Program-made: the position numbers and the translations under genes
Shown: positions 9,018 to 16,545 of the stretch, piece by piece
How the letters are laid out: the number at the start of each line of letters is the position of its first letter
Position numbering within the stretch: the stretch's first letter is position 1
Notes under the pieces: generated by a model
The model's input: only the letters and a program-made list of their open reading frames with translations
The model's database searches: none
Told to the model about the DNA's origin: nothing
Assembly: GCA_038248345.1 (NCBI GenBank)
Contig: JBBRXO010000036.1
Location: forward strand, 1 to 23,427
DNA length: 23,427 nt
Origin: Armatimonadota bacterium
Lineage (GTDB): Bacteria; Armatimonadota; Hebobacteria; CAIYQO01
Direction of reading: 5' to 3'

Positions 9018-9029
9018 GTTATACATTTC

Positions 9030-9073
9030 AACGCCCCGCCTGCTCCGATAAAGGGGAAGGCGGGGCGTTTTGT
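9030..9073 (+). terminator. Rho-independent terminator after rpmA
   Basis: AACGCCCCGCCT (9030-9041) pairs with AGGCGGGGCGTT (9058-9069), followed by TTGT. Confidence 0.8.
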
Positions 9074-9103
9074 CGTCCCCTTAGCATGGGAATGAGCGAA
9101 GAA

Positions 9104-9173
9104 AACCACGAAGACACGAAGGCACGAAGAGATAAGGAAAGATATTAACACAGAGAGCACGGAGAAGATAGGG
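9104..9173 (+). repeat. Periodic direct repeats: 3x CACGAAG (period 8) and CACAGAG/CACGGAG (period 9)
   Basis: CACGAAG at 9107, 9115 and 9123; CACAGAG at 9149; CACGGAG at 9158; a degenerate copy at 9167. Confidence 0.75.
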
Positions 9174-9194
9174 ATATTGGAGATTTGCCATCTC

Positions 9195-9380
9195 GCCACG
9201 CGCTAAAGCACATGGCTATAAGATCAAGCACCCTGAAGGGCGCTATCATTCGATTCAGAAAAGTCCGCGTAGGCGGACGACCGGCACGCGGTGCCCTGCA
9301 GCCGGGACTTTAGTCCCAGCAAAATTTTAGCCCGGCGCTCGCGCACCGGGCTAAAATACGTTACCGCTTCGCGGTAAAAA
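9195..9380. repeat. Cluster of seven REP-like hairpins; the distal ones may act as the rne terminator
   Basis: Stems at 9195-9216 (TAAA loop), 9227-9244 (TGAA), 9263-9278 (GTAG), 9283-9295, 9301-9320 (TTTA), 9324-9357 (perfect 12 bp) and 9361-9377. Confidence 0.8.
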
Positions 9381-9387
9381 TACTAGG

Positions 9388-12195
9388 CTACTCCCCCTCA
9401 ACCTTCTTCGGCACCCGCTTGCGGGGCGCGCGTTTGGGTTTAGGGGCGATTTCTTCTATTACCAGTACCGGCTCTTCTACTGGTTCTGGCGCTGCTACTG
9501 GTTCTGGCGCTGCTACTGGTTCTTCCACCGTCTTCGCCGCACGCTTGCGGGGGGCGCGTTTGGGCTTGGGAGTTACCACCGGCTCCGCTGCTATCTCCGG
9601 CTCAGGCATGGCAGCTTCTATGATCGGCGGCACCTCTGCTGTAACTAGTGGGGTAATCTCCAACGGCGGCAGCTCTATGCCCGCCACTGCCTCCAGCTTT
9701 GCCAGACGGCGCGGCGCGCGGCGTTTGCGGGCCGGGGCTTCAGCCTCCGGCATTGTTGCCGGTTCTTCCACTGCCACCACTTCCACTACATCTTCTTCGG
9801 CAACGTTCGCTTCGGCCTCGCCAGTTACCATAGCATCTCCGGCAGTTGAACGTCGATGGCGGCGGCCACCACGGCGGCGACGTTTGCGGGGCGTTACGGC
9901 AGCTGTTTCGCCTTCCTCGAGGACAGTCTCAACATCGGCAATCTCTGCAACTGTGGTTTCTTCCAGCAATTCCTCTTCGACTTCTTCGGTAAGCTCGTCC
10001 GGCATTTCACCGGTAGCTTCTACCCCATCTGTCTTTTTACCACTCTTGCGGCGGCGGCGACGGCGACGGGCGGAAGCACTGATAGTCACTTCCTCCGGTG
10101 TCACTTCACCCGCCAGTTCTACTTCGGCAAATGGGTCGATGCTCAAATCAACGACCACATCATCAGCGAATGGATCACTGGCGAACACCGGGGGAATTGG
10201 CTCGAAAAGAATTTCTACGGGAGTGGGTGGTGCAAATACGATCTCCTGCTTTTTGGGACCACGGATGCCACGACGATTGCGACCGCGCGGCGCTTCCTCT
10301 GGCTCGGAGTAGGTTTGCGCATAGCTGGGGACGAAATCCGCCTCTGGTATGGGCACACCTTCTGCGGTGGGAGATAATAATGGTACGGTTCGCGAAACCA
10401 CCGGAGCCGCTTCGTCGCGCAGATAGGCGGGAAGCATCGACTCGGGCACCAGCGGAGGCCGAGTCATGCTGAGTAGCCCCTTTTCCTGGCGTACGGCAAT
10501 TCTCTCACCCGGCGGCGGTACTACCTTGGCCAGCGAGGTGCCCGCAACTTCTACTTTGACACGAACGAAGGTTCCCACCGGAGCCTCGAGGCCTGGAGCG
10601 ATGATGAACTGACCCTCCGCAAAGAGCAGCGTATCAGCAGATAGTTCGGGGTCGGGGGTGACGATGCGCCCCTCGATGATGGAATCTTCTTCGATCCGTA
10701 CGACAGCGCCCAGTGCTTGCTCAAAGGTGAGACGCTCCAGCGTATAGGCGTTGGGATGGAAGCTCTCTTCGACGCGCATATATACCGGATGCCCGATATA
10801 TTCTTCCAGATCGCGATGCGTCTCGCCCTCGAATCCGAGGATGCTGGCAATGATACGCGGGTGCGCCTTCAATAAATAGGTTTCCGTCTGCGGGTATTGA
10901 GCAGCCTGCGCGGCAATTTCACGCTGAATCCGCAGCGCCATGGTGGTGGCCGTCTGGATGCGTCCGATGCCGCTGCAATAGGGGCAGGATTCCGTAAGCA
11001 GGCCGGCGAGGCTGTCACCGGTGCGCTTGCGCGTCATCTCCACCAACCCCAACGGGCCGATGCTGTGTACCTTGATTTTGGCACGGTCATTACGCAGCGC
11101 CTCGTCAAAGGCCTTGGTCACCTGCTGGCGGTGCCGCAGGTTATCCATGTCGATAAAGTCCACCACGATGATGCCGCCAAGGTCGCGCAGGCGCAACTGC
11201 CGGGCAACTTCTTCTGCCGCTTGCAGGTTCGTGGTGAGGACAGTCTCATTTAAATCTACCGAACCGACGAAACGGCCGGTATTCACGTCGATGGCTGTCA
11301 GCGCCTCGGCCTGGTCGACGATAAGGTAACCACCGCTGGGCAACCATACTTTGCGACGCAAGGTACGCTCAACTTCGGGCTCGATATTATAAGCGTGGAA
11401 AAGTGGCGTCGGGTCTTCATAGAGGAAGATGCGGTTTTTCATGCGCGGCATCAGCACTTCCACCATTTCGACAATACTCTCAAAGGTCTCGGGGCTGTCC
11501 ACTACTACGCGGTTGACGTCGCGAGTGAAGGCGTCGCGAATGAGGCGGAAAATGAGCGTAAGGTCACCATGGATCAGCGTCGGTGCCGAGGTACTCTTCG
11601 CCTTTTCTTCGATGCGTTCCGCCAGGTCGATAAGGAAGCTCAGGTCCTGCTTTAGTTCCTCGTCGGTACGATCCATCGCTTCGGTACGCACGATAATACT
11701 GAATTTGTCGATGCGCAGACTCTCGGCCACCGCGCGCAGGCGTTGTCGCTCACGCGGGTCTTCGATCTTGCGCGAGACGCCGACGTGGCCGCCACCATTG
11801 AGCATGAGCACCATGTAGCGTCCGGGGATAGAAAGGCGCGTGGTTACACGCGCGCCTTTGGTACCCACCGGGGCGCGTACCACCTGCACCATTATCTCCT
11901 GGCCAGCGTGGAGGAGTTCATTGATGGGGGCGGTTACCCGATGCCGATTGCGTCCGCCGCCGTCGTCATCATCATCCGAGACGACATCCGAGACGGAGAG
12001 GAAGGCATTGCGTTCAATGCCGATCTCCACAAAGGCGGCGTCCATCCCCTTCAGCACTTTCGTCACGCGTCCCTTATAGATGTTTCCAACTATTTTCGGG
12101 TCTCGTTCGACGTGCAGTTCCATAAGCCGGCCATTTTCCAGAATCGCCACACGGGATTCTGCTTCGCCGGCGTTGACAATAATTTCTTTAGTCAT
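9388..12195 (-). CDS. rne: Ribonuclease E/G family protein with long disordered C-terminal region
   Basis: GNIYKGRV...AAFVEIG S1 domain, AIDVNTG, LRLRDLGGIIVVDFIDM and the CPYCSG Zn-link; acidic/Arg/Pro-rich tail of several hundred aa. Confidence 0.92.
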   Translation of the reverse strand: MTKEIIVNAGEAESRVAILENGRLMELHVERDPKIVGNIYKGRVTKVLKGMDAAFVEIGIERNAFLSVSDVVSDDDDDGGGRNRHRVTAPINELLHAGQEIMVQVVRAPVGTKGARVTTRLSIPGRYMVLMLNGGGHVGVSRKIEDPRERQRLRAVAESLRIDKFSIIVRTEAMDRTDEELKQDLSFLIDLAERIEEKAKSTSAPTLIHGDLTLIFRLIRDAFTRDVNRVVVDSPETFESIVEMVEVLMPRMKNRIFLYEDPTPLFHAYNIEPEVERTLRRKVWLPSGGYLIVDQAEALTAIDVNTGRFVGSVDLNETVLTTNLQAAEEVARQLRLRDLGGIIVVDFIDMDNLRHRQQVTKAFDEALRNDRAKIKVHSIGPLGLVEMTRKRTGDSLAGLLTESCPYCSGIGRIQTATTMALRIQREIAAQAAQYPQTETYLLKAHPRIIASILGFEGETHRDLEEYIGHPVYMRVEESFHPNAYTLERLTFEQALGAVVRIEEDSIIEGRIVTPDPELSADTLLFAEGQFIIAPGLEAPVGTFVRVKVEVAGTSLAKVVPPPGERIAVRQEKGLLSMTRPPLVPESMLPAYLRDEAAPVVSRTVPLLSPTAEGVPIPEADFVPSYAQTYSEPEEAPRGRNRRGIRGPKKQEIVFAPPTPVEILFEPIPPVFASDPFADDVVVDLSIDPFAEVELAGEVTPEEVTISASARRRRRRRKSGKKTDGVEATGEMPDELTEEVEEELLEETTVAEIADVETVLEEGETAAVTPRKRRRRGGRRHRRSTAGDAMVTGEAEANVAEEDVVEVVAVEEPATMPEAEAPARKRRAPRRLAKLEAVAGIELPPLEITPLVTAEVPPIIEAAMPEPEIAAEPVVTPKPKRAPRKRAAKTVEEPVAAPEPVAAPEPVEEPVLVIEEIAPKPKRAPRKRVPKKVEGE
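9477..9523. repeat. Coding 18-bp tandem repeat (2.6 copies, EPVAAP)
   Basis: CTACTGGTTCTGGCGCTG twice, then CTACTGGTTCT. Confidence 0.85.
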
Positions 12196-12212
12196 TTAAC
12201 AACCTGTTCGTG

Positions 12213-12272
12213 CAAAGTTCTAAGTTCAAAGTACCCGCCCGCTACGGCTGATACTTTCAAATTGGAACTTTG
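12213..12272. repeat. Inverted repeat built from heptamer units (AAGTTC), in the rne 5' region
   Basis: CAAAGTTCTAAGTTCAAAGTA versus TACTTTCAAATTGGAACTTTG, 18/21 complementary, 18-nt spacer. Confidence 0.75.
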
Positions 12273-12275
12273 ACC

Positions 12276-12941
12276 TTAATCACGTCCCAGGCGTCGCAAC
12301 TTTTGTGCCTCATGCCAGCTGGATATGCGCAGTTCGGTACGATGTATCTGCACAGTATCGGCCTCGGGCATGTAGCCTAGCAACGAGAAGATCTCCTCCG
12401 GGCGTAAATTCCCCTGCTCGCCATTGCGAAGCGTGAGGTGAATTGGCCCCTTACCCAGCGCCGGGGTGAGGTTGATGATGAGCGGACGTGCGTCAAACTT
12501 CTGCGTCTTATGCTCACGCTCCCGAATAAAGGGCAACGTGGTCTGGCGCGAAATATCGGCTATACGTGTGAAGAGCTCACTCACTGAGGGTGCAGCGCTC
12601 CAACGTAACTCATAATCACTCTCGTCCAGGCGGGCAGGATTCTCATCCTCGCATCCCGGAGTAGCCACCCACGCGCAACTGATCTGTATTGCGGCGGGTA
12701 ACACCTGATTAATTCTTTCCATTAATTGTGAAGGTTCGGTTAAAGTGAGCAGATTCAGCGCAATTCTTTCAGCATCACTACTGGCTCCAGTCGGCAATGT
12801 GGGGCCAAATATCATCCCGCGCTTCTCGTCCAGTTCCAGTCCTGCCGTCGCAATGGCTTCGCTCCAACAAATGCGCACCTGACTCTGATTCCACGCACTC
12901 AGCGAGATATCGCGGTTATAACGGCAGACAATACGCTGCAT
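12276..12941 (-). CDS. TIGR03936/DUF2344-like radical-SAM-associated protein (divergent)
   Basis: FGPTLPTGASSDAE, LMERINQVLP, KFDARPLI, GNLRPEE and IHRTEL resemble the family, and the gene sits directly upstream of rne/rng as usual. Confidence 0.7.
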   Translation of the reverse strand: MQRIVCRYNRDISLSAWNQSQVRICWSEAIATAGLELDEKRGMIFGPTLPTGASSDAERIALNLLTLTEPSQLMERINQVLPAAIQISCAWVATPGCEDENPARLDESDYELRWSAAPSVSELFTRIADISRQTTLPFIREREHKTQKFDARPLIINLTPALGKGPIHLTLRNGEQGNLRPEEIFSLLGYMPEADTVQIHRTELRISSWHEAQKLRRLGRD

Positions 12942-12961
12942 CTAGTCACTTCCTATCCCTT

Positions 12962-12990
12962 ATCATAGCAGAAAAGGCGGTGAATGGCTA
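12962..12990 (-). promoter_or_regulatory. Promoter for the TIGR03936-like/rne operon
   Basis: Minus strand TAGCCA, 17 nt, TGn-TATGAT. Confidence 0.55.
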
Positions 12991-13081
12991 GATGGAGCGC
13001 AGGCTGAAAATCATGAGGTTCTCGAATGACGCCCATGAGTACGGCGTTTCCATACAGGTTGTCGAAACAGAAAAGTCTGGA

Positions 13082-13263
13082 AGGATGCCAAGCCGAGCGC
13101 GGCCCCGCTGGGTAATGGGCATTAGTGCATAACCTCATGGTATAGATTACCACTTAAATGCAGAATCAATAATGACATTCACCCATCACTGGTTTCCACC
13201 TGGGAGTGTGTTTCCCACCATGAAATATACTCCAAGCGGGGCCGCGCTAAGGCCTGGCATCCT
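13082..13263. repeat. 182-nt element with about 31-bp terminal inverted repeats (REPIN/MITE-like or structured RNA)
   Basis: AGGATGCCAAGCCGAGCGCGGCCCCGCTGGG versus CCAAGCGGGGCCGCGCTAAGGCCTGGCATCCT, including a perfect 14-bp core; internal nested stems. Confidence 0.75.
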
Positions 13264-13268
13264 CTCTT

Positions 13269-13305
13269 AACCTGATAACTTACAAACCTAACAACCTCCA
13301 ACCCT
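13269..13305 (+). repeat. Period-8 AACCT direct repeats
   Basis: AACCT 13269, AACTT 13277, AACCT 13285, AACCT 13293, AACCC 13300. Confidence 0.6.
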
Positions 13306-13344
13306 AAACAGGACATCCCCCACCCTATGTCGAACTAACAATTT

Positions 13345-14487
13345 ATGTCTTCTTCCTCGCGGACGCCGGGTGTGGATATGGGGTTGCTGTGGGCGATGCT
13401 GGCTTTGCTAGCTATCGGCTTGTTGACGATATACAGTGCCTCGCATATCACCGATGGCGCGGTAAAGGTTATCAAACAGGGGATATTTGCGGCGGGCGGG
13501 TTGCTGGGAATGCTGGTGGTGATGAACGTCGATTACCGCACCTGGGCACGACACCGGAAGTTGCTCTATGTCATCACCGTACTGGCGTTGCTGATCACCC
13601 TGGTCATTGCCCGAAAAACTAACGGGGCGCACTCGTGGATCGACTTCGGGCCTATCCGTATGCAACCGTCGGAATTCGCTAAAATCGCCCTCGCTTTGTC
13701 ACTGGGATCGTTGCTGGCACGCTACGCCGGGGCGATTAATCAGCTAAATAACTTCGCCCGCGTGGTGCTGTTCTGCTTCATCCCCACCTTTCTGGTACTG
13801 GCCCAGCCGGACTTCGGCACCGCCATGATCCTCTGTGCTATCTGTTTCATCATGCTGCTGTTGGGAGAAACCCACGGTCTGTTACTCGTCGGGTTAATCG
13901 CGTCCGTACTACTGGTGATCACTACCATGTGGAATGTCCGCCTGCCTGGCGGTAGGCCGCTTATCTCCGATATTCAGAAACGACGGCTGGATTTCCTGCA
14001 CGCTGATCCCTCCGGTAGCGGCTACCACCAGCGCCAGGCGGCTATCGCCATCGGCAGCGGTGAGCTATGGGGCAAGGGATATCTGCGCGGCACGCAGGCA
14101 CAGCGCGGCTTCCTGCCTGAGCAGGATACCGACTTCATCTTCGCCGTTATCGGCGAGGAGTTCGGCCTCTTTGGGGCATTGGTGGTGCTGGCGCTATATC
14201 TATTCATTCTCTGGCGGCTGCTGATTATCACCCAGGAGGCGGAAACCTCATACGGGCGCCTGGTGACGGGCGGGATTGCGGCTATGTTCGCCGCGCATGT
14301 GGTGATCAACATCGGCATGTGCCTCACGCTCACTCCGGTCACCGGTGTTCCGCTGCCCTTCGTTAGCTACGGCGGCAGCAACCTGCTCACCAGCATGTTC
14401 GCCCTGGGCGTGGCGCTCAATATCAGCCGCCACCGCCGCGACCTGCGCACCTGGGCCGCCGCAGAAGAACCATTGTTGAAGATGTAA
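13345..14487 (+). CDS. rodA: SEDS family peptidoglycan polymerase, most likely RodA
   Basis: QPSEFAK, QPDFGT, IAIGSG.LWGKG, FLPEQDTDFIF and PVTGVPLPFVSYGGS motifs; multiple TM segments. Confidence 0.88.
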   Translation: MSSSSRTPGVDMGLLWAMLALLAIGLLTIYSASHITDGAVKVIKQGIFAAGGLLGMLVVMNVDYRTWARHRKLLYVITVLALLITLVIARKTNGAHSWIDFGPIRMQPSEFAKIALALSLGSLLARYAGAINQLNNFARVVLFCFIPTFLVLAQPDFGTAMILCAICFIMLLLGETHGLLLVGLIASVLLVITTMWNVRLPGGRPLISDIQKRRLDFLHADPSGSGYHQRQAAIAIGSGELWGKGYLRGTQAQRGFLPEQDTDFIFAVIGEEFGLFGALVVLALYLFILWRLLIITQEAETSYGRLVTGGIAAMFAAHVVINIGMCLTLTPVTGVPLPFVSYGGSNLLTSMFALGVALNISRHRRDLRTWAAAEEPLLKM

Positions 14488-14502
14488 ATAAGGAAAGTCA
14501 AT

Positions 14503-15285
14503 ATGCCCATCACCATACGAAAAATACAAGACCATATGGAATTACTGGCCCCCTCTTCATTAGCAGAGGAATGGGATAACGTGGGGTTGTTGATCGGTGA
14601 CGTAGATGCACAGGCATCGCGGGTGCTGGTGGCGCTGGATGCTTCCGCGTCGGTTGTCGCACAGGCAGAAATGCTGGGGACGGAGTTGATCATCGTACAC
14701 CATCCGCTGCTCTTCTCCCCGATTAAACAGCTGGTGGAAGATGGCGGCGTAGTATCGCTGGCACGGCAGTTGATCCGCAACCGGTGTGGGTTAATTGTTT
14801 GCCACACGAACTTAGACAGCGCGCCACGCGGGCTGAATTCCCATGTGGGGGAGCTGCTGGGAGTGCTTAACATGAGTCCACTGCTTTCCAATTCCGGCCT
14901 GGGGCGTATCGGCACGCTGGCGACGCCGGTAACACTGGCAACATTTGCCACGTTAGTTGCCAAAGCGCTACATACAGACACGCTGAAAGTGCTGGGGAAT
15001 CCACAGCGATTAATCAGCACGGTGGCTCTCTGCACCGGAGCTGGCGATGATCTATTCACCGATGCGCGCGCTGCCGGGGCCGATGTCTTTATATCCAGTG
15101 AGATTAAGCATCACACCGCCCTGCTGGCGCGCGATGCCGATTGCGCCATCATTGATGGCGGCCACTACCCTACCGAGCGTCCCGCCGTGACTATCATGGC
15201 CGCACACTTGCGCCGGTTGACGGGAATTGATGTAATAGAAGCGGTGGAAGATGATCCATGGAGAAGTGCATTGCTCTTGTCTTAA
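14503..15285 (+). CDS. Nif3-like dinuclear metal centre protein (YbgI family, short form)
   Basis: WDNVGLLIG, IIVHHPLLF, HTNLD, IKHH and DGGHYPTE motifs. Confidence 0.92.
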   Translation: MPITIRKIQDHMELLAPSSLAEEWDNVGLLIGDVDAQASRVLVALDASASVVAQAEMLGTELIIVHHPLLFSPIKQLVEDGGVVSLARQLIRNRCGLIVCHTNLDSAPRGLNSHVGELLGVLNMSPLLSNSGLGRIGTLATPVTLATFATLVAKALHTDTLKVLGNPQRLISTVALCTGAGDDLFTDARAAGADVFISSEIKHHTALLARDADCAIIDGGHYPTERPAVTIMAAHLRRLTGIDVIEAVEDDPWRSALLLS

Positions 15286-15305
15286 TGGGCAAACACTTCT
15301 ATAAT
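15277..15305 (+). promoter_or_regulatory. sigma70 promoter for the oxidoreductase
   Basis: TTGTCT (15277-15282), 17 nt, TATAAT (15300-15305). Confidence 0.65.
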
Positions 15306-15367
15306 TACCGGTGTTTGGCCGGTGAAATTATACACCGGCAATAATTTTGGTTAGTGAGGAATTTACC

Positions 15368-16453
15368 ATGAGTAAATCAAAGCTGAAAGTCGGAATTGTA
15401 GGTGTTGGTGGTATCGCGGAGAATAAACATCTCCCCGCCCTGGCGAAACTATCGGACAGAGTGGACGTTGTCGCCTTCTGCGACATCATAGAACATCAGG
15501 CGGAAAAGAACGCGAAAAAGTATGGGGTGAAGGACGCAAAAACCTACACTGACTACCAGAAAATGTTCGCGCATGAGAAATTGGACGCTGTGCATGTGTT
15601 AACACCGAATGTCGCCCATTCGGAGATTGCCGTAGCTGCCATGGAAGCAGGTGCCCATGTAATCTGCGAGAAGCCGATGGCCAAAACCGCCGCTGGCGCG
15701 CGCGCCATGCTGGAGGCCAGCAAGCGTACCGGGAAGCTTCTCACTATCGCTTATCAGAATCGATATCGCCCCGACACCCTGTACCTGCGAAAACTCGTCC
15801 AGGATGGCGAGCTCGGTGAAATTTACTACGCAAAAGCGCACGCTATTCGCCGCCGCGGCGTACCGACCTGGGGGGTATTCCTCAATGAAGAAGCCCAGGG
15901 CGGCGGGCCACTTATCGATATCGGCACCCATGCACTCGATCTGACCCTCTGGTGTATGGACAACTATGACGTAGACTACGTAGTCGGCACTAGCTACAAG
16001 AAACTCGGTAAGCGCCCCGGCGAAGCCAACCAGATGGGCCCCTGGAATCCGGCGAAGTACACTGTGGAAGACTCCGCTTTCGGCTTTGTCCGCATGAAGA
16101 ATGGCGCTACAGTTACGCTGGATGCTAGCTGGGCCGTCAACCTGCGTATATCCGGCGAGGGACTCTGCACCCTTTGTGGCACTGAAGCTGGCGCCGACAT
16201 GATGGACGGTCTGCATATCAATGGTAGCAAAAATGGGCGCTTGTACGATACCAAGGTTTCCTTCGATCAGTCTGGGGTGATGTTCTACGACGGACCGAGC
16301 ACCGACCCAACTGATATTGAAGCGAACACCTTCTATGATGCCATCACCAAAGGTACGCCCCTGACGGTATTACCTGAGCAGGCGCTGGTGGTCTCCGAAA
16401 TCCTCGAAGCCATCTATGCCTCTTCGGCATCTGGCAAACCTGTATACTTTTAA
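15368..16453 (+). CDS. Gfo/Idh/MocA family NAD(P)-dependent oxidoreductase
   Basis: VGIVGVGGIA, HVICEKPMA and GGGPLIDIGTHALD motifs; GAGGA SD supports ATG 15368. Confidence 0.93.
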   Translation: MSKSKLKVGIVGVGGIAENKHLPALAKLSDRVDVVAFCDIIEHQAEKNAKKYGVKDAKTYTDYQKMFAHEKLDAVHVLTPNVAHSEIAVAAMEAGAHVICEKPMAKTAAGARAMLEASKRTGKLLTIAYQNRYRPDTLYLRKLVQDGELGEIYYAKAHAIRRRGVPTWGVFLNEEAQGGGPLIDIGTHALDLTLWCMDNYDVDYVVGTSYKKLGKRPGEANQMGPWNPAKYTVEDSAFGFVRMKNGATVTLDASWAVNLRISGEGLCTLCGTEAGADMMDGLHINGSKNGRLYDTKVSFDQSGVMFYDGPSTDPTDIEANTFYDAITKGTPLTVLPEQALVVSEILEAIYASSASGKPVYF

Positions 16454-16476
16454 GTAACATGGTTCGTTGGGAAAAT

Positions 16477-16520
16477 AACTATGCCGCCCTCTCCGTGTCA
16501 ACGAAGGGGGCGGCGTAGTT
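16477..16520. terminator. Hairpin between convergent genes (probably a bidirectional terminator)
   Basis: AACTATGCCGCCCTCTCCGT-gtca-ACGAAGGGGGCGGCGTAGTT, an imperfect 20-bp stem. Confidence 0.7.
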
Positions 16521-16545
16521 CTATATGTACCAGCGATGATACGGC

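Noticed and set aside
9014..9199. 61-aa minus-strand ORF
   Set aside because: It is a translation of the terminator and periodic repeats, with no coding evidence.
9104..9380. CRISPR array or tRNA
   Set aside because: No identical 23-47 nt repeats with regular spacers, no cas genes, and no cloverleaf or T-loop.
9419..10312. 297-aa plus-strand ORF and other long antisense ORFs (e.g. 3012-3872, 14367-15059, 16558-17914, 19940-20521)
   Set aside because: These are shadow frames of well-supported genes, low-complexity or motif-free, as expected from GC-rich codon bias.
12953..13153. 66-aa ORF as a remnant of the TIGR03960 radical SAM gene
   Set aside because: No recognisable motif, and it runs across a promoter and an inverted-repeat arm.
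13082..13263. Retron msr-msd
   Set aside because: Terminal inverted repeats fit, but there is no reverse transcriptase in the window.
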